From: an uncultured Aminicenantes bacterium | GTDB lineage: Bacteria > Acidobacteriota > Aminicenantia > UBA2199 | Direction: 5' to 3' | NCBI GenBank assembly: GCA_965195285.1 | Contig: CBDAFS010000055.1 | Location: 61,728-125,727 of the forward strand | DNA length: 64,000 nucleotides | Part shown: positions 49,160-59,015 of the stretch, piece by piece | How the letters are laid out: each line of letters opens with the position of its first letter | Numbering within the stretch: position 1 is the first letter of the stretch | Notes under the pieces: generated by a model | The model's input: the letters and a program-made list of their open reading frames with translations, nothing else | Told to the model about the DNA's origin: nothing | Database searches by the model: none | Translations under genes and position numbers: made by a program

Positions 49160-50347
49160 ATGTCGAAGGAAAACCAGATGATCGGAGAGGTCAAAACCAT
49201 TGGCAAGGGAGGACGGGGAATCGTTCTTTTTGAGGAGAAACCGGTTTTTATAGACCGGGTTCTGGCCGGAGAAACGGTTGAATTCACCATTACTGGGAAG
49301 AGGCATTCGGTATGGTTCGGTTCGCTGACAAAAATAATCGGAGCTTCGGAAGACCGGATTGCGCCACCCTGTCCTTATTATTCCCGTTGCGGAGGCTGCA
49401 ATTTCCAGCATATCGCCTACCCGAGGCAGGTCACGCTTAAAAAAAATATCCTTACAGACAACCTGAAAAAAATTTCCGGGATACGGCAGGTTCCCCCGGT
49501 CAACATTTTCACTTCTCCGGCTTTCGGATACCGGACCAAGGTCGTTTTAAAAGTCAGGAACGGCAAAGTCGGATTCCTGCAGAGAGAGAGCCACCGGCTG
49601 GTCGAGATCGACCGCTGCCTGCTCTTGCCGGGAGGCGGGGAAAAAGTGATAACCGACATCAGAAGAAATCCCCGGACAAAAAAGGTCATGAATGGCGAGA
49701 TCATGGTCCTGTGCAATGACCGGGAGTTTTCAGCCCTGGCCAAAGAAGGGCAAACCCTATATTTCCTGACTCCAGAAAAGGAAATCACATTTGATGTGAG
49801 AGGTTTTTCTTACCGGTTCACACCGGATAATTTCATCCAGGCCAACCGGTTCACCCTGGATGTTATGATTGAATTGGTCGAGAGTCAGATGAAATCAAAT
49901 CCATGGCACCATGCCATTGACCTGTATTGCGGGGCCGGCTTTTTTACCATCCCTCTGTCGCGGGGATGCGAAAAGGTCATTGCCTTCGATATTGAATCGG
50001 GAAACCTCCGTTCATTGGAAAAAAACCTTCAGGCCAACGGAATCAGAAATGTGACCGTGATAAAAGCCGACATAAACCGGTCTTCACTGCCCGATGCGGA
50101 TCTATATCTGGCTGACCCGCCCAGGACCGGCCTGAAGCCGAATACCATACGTAATATGTCCCGGGGTCCGGGAAAGCGGATTTTCTACTTCTCCTGTGAT
50201 TCGGCTACATTTTGCCGGGATATATCCCGTTTCCGGGCCAACGGATACCGGCCGAAAAGTATAACCCTTGTCGACAACTTTCCCCAGACCGATCACTTCG
50301 AGATTTTTAGCTGTCTTGAATACTTCTCCGGAAACAAAAAAAAATGA
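49160..50347 (+). CDS. RlmD/TrmA-family uracil-5 RNA methyltransferase with TRAM domain
   Basis: CPYYSRCGGCNFQH, FIQAN, DLYCGAG, DPPRTG, YFSCD and FPQTDHFE. Start uncertain; ATG 49160 chosen. Confidence 0.88.
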   Translation: MSKENQMIGEVKTIGKGGRGIVLFEEKPVFIDRVLAGETVEFTITGKRHSVWFGSLTKIIGASEDRIAPPCPYYSRCGGCNFQHIAYPRQVTLKKNILTDNLKKISGIRQVPPVNIFTSPAFGYRTKVVLKVRNGKVGFLQRESHRLVEIDRCLLLPGGGEKVITDIRRNPRTKKVMNGEIMVLCNDREFSALAKEGQTLYFLTPEKEITFDVRGFSYRFTPDNFIQANRFTLDVMIELVESQMKSNPWHHAIDLYCGAGFFTIPLSRGCEKVIAFDIESGNLRSLEKNLQANGIRNVTVIKADINRSSLPDADLYLADPPRTGLKPNTIRNMSRGPGKRIFYFSCDSATFCRDISRFRANGYRPKSITLVDNFPQTDHFEIFSCLEYFSGNKKK

Positions 50348-50376
50348 AAATCCTGACACTCGATTAAATGAAGACT

Positions 50377-50536
50377 GGGGTCAGTTCTTTCATTATAACA
50401 TTTAATATTAAGATAATGGGACCATTTTTTTATAACCCATCCCTTTCACCCCTCATCAAATCAAATATCCCAATTATATGGGAATCCTCAAAAATGTTGG
50501 GAACAATTTATATCTTCATTCTTTAGACCTGACCCC
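50377..50536. mobile_element. MITE-like repeat family A, copy 2
   Basis: GGGGTCAGTTCT...AGACCTGACCCC, followed by a TGACCCCGGCTA duplication. Confidence 0.78.
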
Positions 50537-50682
50537 GGCTATGACCCCGGCTATAAAAGCGGGGTACAGGGGCTCGGCCCTCTGTTAGAGTCTGAAATGG
50601 CCCGTATGCGAAAAACCACATTATAATTGAATATAATGGTATATTTATCTTTTTAGAAAAGTCTTAAATTTCTCCATGACCG

Positions 50683-50764
50683 GATTTTGAGTCTGATGCG
50701 TCTGCCAATTCCACCACTCCAGCAAGCGATTGATAATTATCTAAACCAAATCTCATTTTGTCAT
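50683..50764 (-). repeat. tRNA-Leu 5'-half copy with decayed promoter
   Basis: GATTTTGAGTCTGATGCGTCTGCCAATTCCACCACTCCAGCAAGCGAT versus 45130-45177, three mismatches; ATGACA-N17-GATAAT at the same offset as the intact promoter. Confidence 0.85.
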
Positions 50765-50899
50765 TACTCTATTGACAATGAACAATAATGCTCCTAATAT
50801 TTCATTGAGAAGAAAAAAGAAATTTCCTATGGTGTTCTCTTCTCCAGGTTTGTTATTTTATGAAAGAAAATAAATTTAATAAGAAAAAGGAGTGAGCTT

Positions 50900-51880
50900 A
50901 TGGATCTCTCGGTTAAATACATGGGAATCGATCTCCAGAATCCCCTGGTTGTATCCAGCTCCGGGCTTACCAATTCTATAGAAAATATTAAAAAATGCGA
51001 AGCCAACGGTGCCGGGGCTGTCGTTTTAAAATCATTATTCGAAGAACAGGTTGAGTCGGATATCCAGAAACTGGAAGGCGAAGGCGCTGCCTATCCCCAT
51101 CCCGAGGCCGTTGATTACATGAGACAGATGAAGACCTGGCACAGCCAGGGAGAATACCTGAAACTCATCCAAGGCGCCAAGCGCGCCTGCTCTATTCCGG
51201 TCATTGCCAGCCTGAATGCGGTATCACCCAAGTGGTGGGTAAGCTGTCTCAAGCAAATAGAAAATGCGGGCGCCGATGGCCTGGAGCTGAATATATCACT
51301 CCTTCCCACAGACATGCGCAAGAATCCTGCTGAATACGAACATACCTATGTTGAAGTGCTGAAATCCGTTAAGAGCGAAACCAGCCTTCCCCTGTCGGTG
51401 AAGATAGGGAATCATTTTACCTCCATTCCCAACATGGCTTTCCGCCTGGCCAATGCCGGCGCACAGGCCCTTGTGCTCTTCAACCGCTTTTACCGGTTAG
51501 ACATGAACATCGAGAAGATGTCACTTAAACGCGCCATTCCATTCAGCACTCCGGTTGAAATGGCCCGTTCTCTGCGCTGGATTTCCCTGCTTTACGGACA
51601 GCTTGACATTGATATGGCGGCTTCCACGGGAGTGCATACCGGCGCCAGCGCCGTCAAAATGCTGCTGGCCGGCGCTGCAGCCGTGCAGGTCTGCTCCACG
51701 CTTTATCAGAACGGAATTGAGCACCTTCAGAAAATACGGAAGGAAATGGAGGCCTGGATGGCCAGGCACCGGTTTCAGAAAATCGACGACTTTAAAGGCA
51801 AACTGTGCCAGGAGCAAAGCGAAAACCCCGAGCAATACGAAAGGCTGCAATATGTTAAGGCCCTGCTCGGCAAAGAATAA
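50900..51880 (+). CDS. Dihydroorotate dehydrogenase-like flavoprotein
   Basis: GAVVLKSLFEEQ, LELNI, LVLFNRFY, ASTGVH and YERLQY. Confidence 0.88.
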   Translation: MDLSVKYMGIDLQNPLVVSSSGLTNSIENIKKCEANGAGAVVLKSLFEEQVESDIQKLEGEGAAYPHPEAVDYMRQMKTWHSQGEYLKLIQGAKRACSIPVIASLNAVSPKWWVSCLKQIENAGADGLELNISLLPTDMRKNPAEYEHTYVEVLKSVKSETSLPLSVKIGNHFTSIPNMAFRLANAGAQALVLFNRFYRLDMNIEKMSLKRAIPFSTPVEMARSLRWISLLYGQLDIDMAASTGVHTGASAVKMLLAGAAAVQVCSTLYQNGIEHLQKIRKEMEAWMARHRFQKIDDFKGKLCQEQSENPEQYERLQYVKALLGKE

Positions 51881-51963
51881 CGGACAACATGTGAAAAGTT
51901 GAAATGTATACCAATTTAATTTATAATGCTCAGTTAAAATTATTTTTAAAGTGAGAAATTTAA

Positions 51964-53004
51964 ATGAATGAACTGATTGTTTTTGTTGGGCCTAATGAAC
52001 GAATTACTCCCCTGGAAGTTGAAGCTTCGAGAGAAGGTTTCAAGTATATAGAAGTCTGCGCATTCGACTACGAACACGAATATGCATCAAAAAAGTTAAA
52101 AGAATTCTTAAAGATGCAGGACAGAGAAGTTCTTTTCAGGTTCATATTCCCATTTAACTTTATTACATTCAACCAAAAGATGCAAAACCTGATTGATACC
52201 GGAACAGAAGAAAGCCTGGCAAAGTTGCAAATATTTGAAGAGTATGTTAATGGCTGGAAAAAATTCATAAATTCTGTTAATACGCCGATAAGGGAGGTCA
52301 ATCCTCTTGAGGCTGTGATTTTTCAGAGAAATAAGCAAAAACAGTATAAAAAACTTGAAAAAGAGCTCAACAATCTTCCATTTACAGTATATCTCTCAGA
52401 AGAAAAAGATCATAAAAAAATATTAGATATGCTTGAAGAATTTAAAGGTGTGGTGTTCAAACCAATAAGTGGTGCGGAGAGTAAGGGAATTTACATAATC
52501 AAGAAAGAACAAAACAGATATCTGCTAAAATCAGACATAAAAGAAAGTAGAAATATAAAAGACATCAGCCATTCATTAGAAGAGACTTTGAAGAAATTAC
52601 ATTCACCAGGTTATGTAGTCCAACAAAAAATTGAATTTTCAAAAGTTTTTGGGGACTGTGATTTTGACTTAAGGATACATACAATAGGCGGAGAAGTTGT
52701 CGGAACTGCAGCTTTTTTCTACAACCCGGAAACAAAAACTGAAGAGATTAAGTCGATAGAGTCCATTGCAGAAAAAAATCTTAAACTTAAAGAAGCCTTG
52801 GAAGAATCAAAATTGATCGGAATAAAGGCAACCCAAATCTTAGGTTTGGATGTTTCCGGAGTAGACATAATGCTTTCAGGTAAGGATTATAAACCGTACA
52901 TCATCGAAATCAACAGCTTTCCAGGCTGGGCCCTGTTAGAAGCCAATCCTGAGCTTGATATCGCACGGAAAGAGGTTGAATTCTATAAAAAAATATTACG
53001 TTGA
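51964..53004 (+). CDS. RimK-like ATP-grasp ligase
   Basis: VFKPISGAESKGI, QQKI, DLRI, GVDIM and IEINSFPG. Confidence 0.8.
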   Translation: MNELIVFVGPNERITPLEVEASREGFKYIEVCAFDYEHEYASKKLKEFLKMQDREVLFRFIFPFNFITFNQKMQNLIDTGTEESLAKLQIFEEYVNGWKKFINSVNTPIREVNPLEAVIFQRNKQKQYKKLEKELNNLPFTVYLSEEKDHKKILDMLEEFKGVVFKPISGAESKGIYIIKKEQNRYLLKSDIKESRNIKDISHSLEETLKKLHSPGYVVQQKIEFSKVFGDCDFDLRIHTIGGEVVGTAAFFYNPETKTEEIKSIESIAEKNLKLKEALEESKLIGIKATQILGLDVSGVDIMLSGKDYKPYIIEINSFPGWALLEANPELDIARKEVEFYKKILR

Positions 53005-54041
53005 GTGAAATAAAAATAAACCTAAAAAAAATAGTCGGGAACTATCTCTCTTTAAAAGAATACACAAAAAGAAAAGATATAATTATCACGCCGGTGGTAA
53101 AGGTTGTTGCCGGAAACATAAATATTGTTCGGAGACTAGAAGCGAATGGTGCAGAAATTATTGGTGACTCCAGGATATACAATATACGAAAATTTAAAAA
53201 AGCCGGTATAAACTCAAAATATCTTCTTTTAAGACTCCCGGCTAAAGGTGAAATCAGCGAGGTTGTAAAATATTCTGACTATAGTCTTAACTCAAGTGCA
53301 GACACTATTTCAATGATTGATAAAGAAGCAAAGATGCAAAAAAAACAACATGGAATAGTATTAATGATTGAGATGGGTGATCTGCGTGAAGGTGTTTGTT
53401 TAAAAAAGGCTTTGGAAATTTCCAAAAGAATATACAAAATGGATAATATATACCTGAAAGGAATAGGTTCAAATTTTGCCTGTTATGGGGGTGTCGAGCC
53501 GTCGGATAATAAAATGCGTACTCTGAGTGAGATTGCAGAAAATTTTCCTGGAATCGAATGGATTTCAGGGGGGAATTCTGCCAATATCTGTTGGATGAGA
53601 AATTCCAATAACATGTATAAAATAAACCACCTAAGGTTAGGAGAATCTATAATGTTAGGCCTCGAAACCCTGTCAAGAAAACATATACCAGGGTTATATC
53701 TCGACTCTTTTGTACTGAGTGCTGAAGTAATAGAGTTCGAAAAAAAAGACTCAATTCCTGATGGTAAAATCTCACAAGATGCTTTCGGTAAAGTTCCAGA
53801 ATTCACAGATGAAGGTATGATATCCAGGGCAATACTCGATGTGGGAAGGCAGGATGTAGACCCTGATGGTCTGACACCTATTAAAAAAAACATAAAAATA
53901 TTAGGAGCCAGCAGCGACCATTTAATAGTCAAATGTGATTCTAAAATCCTTGTGGGAGATAAATTGGAATTCATTCCAAACTACTCTGCATTATTAAGAA
54001 TCATGACATCAGTATATATTAAAAAATCATATACTGAATAA
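53001..54041 (+). CDS. Alanine/ornithine/lysine racemase family PLP enzyme
   Basis: PVVK PLP Lys, IGDSRI, GDLREG, NFACYGG, ISGGNS and GASSDH. Confidence 0.88.
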   Translation: MSEIKINLKKIVGNYLSLKEYTKRKDIIITPVVKVVAGNINIVRRLEANGAEIIGDSRIYNIRKFKKAGINSKYLLLRLPAKGEISEVVKYSDYSLNSSADTISMIDKEAKMQKKQHGIVLMIEMGDLREGVCLKKALEISKRIYKMDNIYLKGIGSNFACYGGVEPSDNKMRTLSEIAENFPGIEWISGGNSANICWMRNSNNMYKINHLRLGESIMLGLETLSRKHIPGLYLDSFVLSAEVIEFEKKDSIPDGKISQDAFGKVPEFTDEGMISRAILDVGRQDVDPDGLTPIKKNIKILGASSDHLIVKCDSKILVGDKLEFIPNYSALLRIMTSVYIKKSYTE

Positions 54042-54181
54042 TATTGAAGAGAATGGGGCAATAAACTGAATGAAAGATGACAATATCTTATTGGAAGAAT
54101 TTATTTTTTATGTTATACTTAATTTTTCATAATAGGAGAATGGTTTGAAGGATTATACGAGTATTATGCTTGTAGGCATAC

Positions 54182-55585
54182 ATGTTTAAGTTACCAAAAA
54201 TAGAGACACCAGACTGGCTTTTACAGAAATTTCAGCTGCCAAAGGTAAAAGTCCCGAAGTTGAAGATAGGCGATTTAATATCTGATATTCCTATCATACA
54301 GGGCGGAATGGGAGTAGGGATTTCTCTATCCGGTCTTGCTTCTGCTGTGGCCAGAGAGGGAGGAGTTGGTGTAATCGCCGCCAATGCCATCGGAATGCTG
54401 GAACCCGATTATTTTAAAAACGGAAGGAATGCAAACAAAAGAGCTCTGAGAAAAGAGATAAGGAAGGCAAGGGAAAAAAGCAGTGGCATTATTGGTGTGA
54501 ATATAATGGTGGCTGTCAAGGATTTTGGAGATCTTTTGCGGGTTTCCATAGAAGAGAAGGTCGATGTGGTTTTTGTGGGTGCAGGACTACCAATTAAAGA
54601 TATACCGGTAAAGGAATTAAGAGATTCAAATGTGAAGTTTGTTCCTATTGTGAGTTCTGCAAGGGCTGCCAAACTCATATGTAGATACTGGGAGAAGAAT
54701 TATAATGACATTCCCGACGGACTTGTTGTTGAAGGTCCTGACGCGGGTGGCCATCTGGGATTTAAGAAGGAACAAATAGACCATCCGGATCATAAACTCG
54801 AAAAGATTTTGCCTGAAGTAATATCTGAGACAAAAGCATTTGAAAAAATCTTCAATCGAAAGATACCTGTGATTGCTGCAGGTGGTATTTTTACAGGTGA
54901 AGATATCTACAAGTTTCTCAATTTAGGAGCAGCGGGCGTTCAGATGGGAACAAGATTTGTTGCTACTCATGAATGTGATGCGGATATAAGATTCAAGAAA
55001 TCATATCTCGAGTGCAGCCAGAAAGATATTGTTATAATAAAAAGCCCGGTGGGTCTTCCGGGAAGGGTGATAAAGAACAATTTCATCGAGAATATCGATT
55101 CAGGCAAAAAACAATTTTTCACCTGTCCCTGGAGATGCCTTAATAGCTGTGATGCACGGAATGCCAGGTACTGTATTTCGATTGCTTTGAATAATGCAAG
55201 GAAGGGTAAGTTTAGAACCGGATTTGCATTTGCAGGATCCAATGCTTATAAAATTAACAGAATAATTTCCGTTAAAGAACTTCTTAAAGACCTTACTAAA
55301 GAATATCTCGCAGCAGCGGAAAAGGGAACAATCAGTTTGTTAAATGAATTAACAGTTGCTCTGGAAAAACTCAATACTCTGAAGGATGAATATGCAAAAA
55401 CTGTTGATAAGAATATTCGAATTTTTAAGGATGAATATGTAAAAGTGCTGGAAAAAGGCAGTGAAACCTTAAGAGAAGAATATGGAAATATACTGATGAA
55501 AATCAATAATCTAAAAAAAGAGTATATGGACTATTTTAATAAAGCAAACAGCCTAAAGAGTCAGCTTTCGAAATTTTTTACATAA
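54182..55585 (+). CDS. Nitronate monooxygenase/FabK-like flavoprotein with C-terminal coiled coil
   Basis: IIQGGMGVG, EGPDAGGH, AAGGI, QMGTRF and CPWRCLNSC; heptad-rich tail. Confidence 0.85.
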   Translation: MFKLPKIETPDWLLQKFQLPKVKVPKLKIGDLISDIPIIQGGMGVGISLSGLASAVAREGGVGVIAANAIGMLEPDYFKNGRNANKRALRKEIRKAREKSSGIIGVNIMVAVKDFGDLLRVSIEEKVDVVFVGAGLPIKDIPVKELRDSNVKFVPIVSSARAAKLICRYWEKNYNDIPDGLVVEGPDAGGHLGFKKEQIDHPDHKLEKILPEVISETKAFEKIFNRKIPVIAAGGIFTGEDIYKFLNLGAAGVQMGTRFVATHECDADIRFKKSYLECSQKDIVIIKSPVGLPGRVIKNNFIENIDSGKKQFFTCPWRCLNSCDARNARYCISIALNNARKGKFRTGFAFAGSNAYKINRIISVKELLKDLTKEYLAAAEKGTISLLNELTVALEKLNTLKDEYAKTVDKNIRIFKDEYVKVLEKGSETLREEYGNILMKINNLKKEYMDYFNKANSLKSQLSKFFT

Positions 55586-55622
55586 AAATTCTAAGAAAAA
55601 AAATCAGAGGTAACTTCTAAGT

Positions 55623-56657
55623 TTATATATCGGTAATCAGGAGGTGCCAATCCTCTCCCTCTTCGTCCTCCACTACCTGGTATATCTTCGAGTTTTTTAT
55701 GCAATAAGGAAAATATTCACGAACATTGACCTGTTTCAGGGGAACCATAACTCTTTTTTCCAGTTCATGGGTCTTGTTAAAAATATAAAATTCACATTTC
55801 CCATTTTTGTTTTTATAGGTCTGGATATAAATTTTTCCGTCCCTTACCCTTATAGACTGAATGGCCGGGAATCTGTCAGGGAGCTCAATGCGGTTTTTAA
55901 ACCGTTCCCAGTTGTTTTTATACCTTACATTTTCATAATAATTCATGATTTTTGCCTTTAACTCTGAAGAGATATGAATAGGCTTATAGTCAACTTTAAT
56001 GGAAGTTTCATTGTCACCGTTGGAATTCATTACGTTAATTAAAAAGTCCTGGGAATAAAACAAGTAAATTTTATTATTTCCGGTGTCATAGCCAAAAACC
56101 GAAGAAAATTCGTTTATTTTTCTATTGCTTCGGCGCATCATTCCACCGAAATTTACCGCTACCCTGCATATTTCTTTCAGCTTGTTTAAATCTTTATCAT
56201 AAATGTTAATGGCTATTGCCGGTTCACTTTGCCGAAAACCGGTGAACTGGCTTCCGATATAGTTGTTACCAAAGGGTAGGATACGGGATCCAAAACCCTG
56301 TACGGTTTTTTTCTCTGAAAGAAAACGGCCGTCTTTATTAAAAAATATTATTTTATTCCTGCTGTTTACGATAACCTTGTCCTTTCGGGGAATTATATTT
56401 ATCATATTTATATTGAAATGACGCCCTATGGGAAATTCTCCGGGGCCCTCACCCTTTTTCCCGAATTTTGTCTTCAACATCAGGTTTTCCAAACTGTAAA
56501 CATAAATGGATGCATCCTCGATGATATAGATTTGATCATCCCCCACTTCAATTTTTGCAGGTCTTAAAAGTTCCGGTAGTACCGTGGTTTGAGTGGAAAA
56601 AACAAGGCTGGAAAATATGAAGACAAATAAAATTAAGATTATTTTTTTCATTATCAT
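55623..56657 (-). CDS. Secreted 6-bladed beta-propeller-like protein
   Basis: Signal peptide; FGKKGEGPGEF motif. Confidence 0.65.
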   Translation of the reverse strand: MIMKKIILILFVFIFSSLVFSTQTTVLPELLRPAKIEVGDDQIYIIEDASIYVYSLENLMLKTKFGKKGEGPGEFPIGRHFNINMINIIPRKDKVIVNSRNKIIFFNKDGRFLSEKKTVQGFGSRILPFGNNYIGSQFTGFRQSEPAIAINIYDKDLNKLKEICRVAVNFGGMMRRSNRKINEFSSVFGYDTGNNKIYLFYSQDFLINVMNSNGDNETSIKVDYKPIHISSELKAKIMNYYENVRYKNNWERFKNRIELPDRFPAIQSIRVRDGKIYIQTYKNKNGKCEFYIFNKTHELEKRVMVPLKQVNVREYFPYCIKNSKIYQVVEDEEGEDWHLLITDI

Positions 56658-56892
56658 TTCATCCTTATTATTATATTTAACTGCTTAAAACTTGGCTTTC
56701 GTTTTCCTTAATTCACAGCCTTATAATGTAGTTTATTATAGTATAATATTAATGGTTTCTCAATAAAAATCGATTTGTTTCCCGCCTGCCTTTACTGCGC
56801 CATCCCCTACCCTGAAATAGTACCAGGGCTTTAATATTCTGGGAATATGTAATACAATATGATTGCACTTTTCAGGTTTGAACCGTTTACAG

Positions 56893-57756
56893 ATGAAGAA
56901 TTTTATCAAGAAATATCCCTTGTTGTACTATAGCACTCTGACCGGGGTATTCATTTTTGCATTTTTAAACGTTTTCAAACCCTTTGGATTCCAAAAGGTT
57001 CCGGAGGAAGTTTTAAATCCCCTTTTCCTCGGATATAGCCTGATCGGGTTTTTGCTGGTGCTGCTCAACCACATTCTTTTTGGAGGTTTGATGGACAGGC
57101 ATTTCTCCGATAAAGGTTCAATGGTAAGGGTATGGCTCTGGCCAATGTGGATTACCCTCACCATTATCCTTATCAATGTTGCCTATACCCGCTGGTTTTT
57201 CGTCAAAACCGGACTCACCACACCGGAGTATTTTCAACCGAGGCCGGTGATCGTGGGCACCCTGGCCATCGGTGCTTTGTGTATATTCATTATCGAAATG
57301 ATCGATCAGAATATCCGGCTCAAACAAAATCTCAACACCCAGCAGTTAGCCAATCAAAAATTAAAAGAGCGATTACCCGGCAGCATTAAAAACCAGAATA
57401 ATGAGAAAACACTGTTGATCAAAGCACAGAATGAAAAGGATACCTATCAATTCAACCCGGGAGACCTCTTTTTTATGAATGCCCGGGAGAATTATGTTGC
57501 AATTCATTATAAGAAAGATAAAAATGAGAGGGTCCTGATCCGGAATACCATTTCATCGGTGTCAGACCAGTTAAAACAACATTATCCGGTGTTTTTCCGT
57601 TGTCACCGGGGTTATATTGTAAATATCCGAAAAATTCAATCGGTTACCGGCAATGCCCAGGGATTCAGGTTATTTCTGGACCAGATCCCGGAGGCAATCC
57701 CGGTTTCCCGAAGTTATGTTCCGGAGTTTCGAGACATTGTCAGAAAGTATCTTTAG
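56893..57756 (+). CDS. Membrane-anchored LytTR regulator
   Basis: Four TM segments, then ENYV and FFRCHRGYIVN..IPVSRSY. Confidence 0.88.
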   Translation: MKNFIKKYPLLYYSTLTGVFIFAFLNVFKPFGFQKVPEEVLNPLFLGYSLIGFLLVLLNHILFGGLMDRHFSDKGSMVRVWLWPMWITLTIILINVAYTRWFFVKTGLTTPEYFQPRPVIVGTLAIGALCIFIIEMIDQNIRLKQNLNTQQLANQKLKERLPGSIKNQNNEKTLLIKAQNEKDTYQFNPGDLFFMNARENYVAIHYKKDKNERVLIRNTISSVSDQLKQHYPVFFRCHRGYIVNIRKIQSVTGNAQGFRLFLDQIPEAIPVSRSYVPEFRDIVRKYL

Positions 57757-57777
57757 GTCCTATTTCTCCGCTCCTTG

Positions 57778-57814
57778 TCATCTGTCACAAAACCGGTTCA
57801 TCCGTCACAAAACC
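57778..57814 (+). promoter_or_regulatory. Candidate LytTR direct-repeat operator
   Basis: TCATCTGTCACAAAACC / TCATCCGTCACAAAACC with a 20-bp period. Confidence 0.65.
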
Positions 57815-57884
57815 CCTTTACAGCTGTTCCGATCGAATTATAATGAAAGCGGTGCAGCGAACAGATGCGCACCGGGAGGATGAA

Positions 57885-58979
57885 ATGACAATGAAAAAAA
57901 TAGTTTCCACGATCTTGATTCTACTCTTTGTTCTGTTGTACGGAAATCACCTGATTCCCTGTTCCACATTCTTTGCCCAAGGAAAGCAGGTTAAGTTGTT
58001 CGGGCGCAATTACGATTTTTTTACCCATACCGGTTTTGTGGTCATCAATCCCCGGGGAATGGTGAAACAGGCTCTGGTATACCCGGGAGAATCTCCCGCC
58101 GGTTGGAGCAGTAAATACGGAAGCATTACCTTTAACCAGGTGGGGCAGGAATTTCCCACCGGTGGAATGAATGAAGCTGGCCTGGTAATCGAATGCATGT
58201 GGCTTTCCCATACCCAGTATCCCATGAAGGATACCCGCCCCTCGGTGATGGAACTGCAGTGGATGCAGTATGTCCTGGATACCTGCGGGACGGTTAAAGA
58301 AGTAATAGAGACAGACCAAAAGATACGGATCCAGCAGAAGGGACAGCCCCTGCATTTCCTGGTGGCAGACAAAGACGGGAATGGTGCAATCATTGAGTTT
58401 ATTGGTTTTTATCCCTATTTCTACCCCTTCGGAAAAAAACATCCCGCCACCCTGACCAACTCTTCCTATGCCGATTGCCTGGTCTATCTAAAACGGTTCA
58501 GGGGATTTGGAGGTAAAAGCAAGATCAGAAAGACCATCTATTCCGTGGACCGATTCGTGCAGCTGGCTGCCGCTGTTAAGGCTAAAAAGCCGACGGTGGA
58601 AAAAGCCTTTTTCTGGCTGGAAACGGTGTCCGTGCAACCGGGTGAAGCCGGTAACAGTTATACCTGCTGGAGTATTGTGTATGATCCCGTCAACCTCAAC
58701 ATATATTTTAAAGCTTTCGGAAAAGAAGGAATCCATACATTAAATTTTTCAGATTTTCCCTTTGACTGCACACATAATGCCAGAGTACTGGATATGGAAA
58801 ACATCCGGGGAACGAACCTGAAAAACGACTTTATACTCTTGACCCCCCAGTTGAATACCAAACTGGTGAAACGGATCTTTGGCATCTATAAAAAGAATAA
58901 CTTTTTAACCGAGATGCCGGATATGTACCTGGACGTCCTGGGCAATTATCCCGCATCCTTCAAGTGTAAGGAAAATTAA
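57885..58979 (+). CDS. Secreted linear amide C-N hydrolase (choloylglycine hydrolase/penicillin V acylase family)
   Basis: Signal peptide, then CSTF nucleophile, GRNYD, GMNEAGL and LTN; GGAGG before ATG 57885. Confidence 0.87.
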   Translation: MTMKKIVSTILILLFVLLYGNHLIPCSTFFAQGKQVKLFGRNYDFFTHTGFVVINPRGMVKQALVYPGESPAGWSSKYGSITFNQVGQEFPTGGMNEAGLVIECMWLSHTQYPMKDTRPSVMELQWMQYVLDTCGTVKEVIETDQKIRIQQKGQPLHFLVADKDGNGAIIEFIGFYPYFYPFGKKHPATLTNSSYADCLVYLKRFRGFGGKSKIRKTIYSVDRFVQLAAAVKAKKPTVEKAFFWLETVSVQPGEAGNSYTCWSIVYDPVNLNIYFKAFGKEGIHTLNFSDFPFDCTHNARVLDMENIRGTNLKNDFILLTPQLNTKLVKRIFGIYKKNNFLTEMPDMYLDVLGNYPASFKCKEN

Positions 58980-59015
58980 TCCGTATAGATGATATGAAGC
59001 GGTATCCCGACATTT

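Noticed and set aside
50558-50585. GGGGTACAGGGGCTCGGCCCTCTG hairpin as a mobile-element or DGR signal
   Set aside because: Single imperfect copy with no associated gene.
56660-56860. Small peptide upstream of the second beta-propeller gene
   Set aside because: No signal-peptide ORF found on the minus strand, unlike at 46157.
57600-57884. Long N-terminal extension of the amidase ORF
   Set aside because: It overlaps the LytTR gene and operator; SD and signal peptide support ATG 57885/57891.
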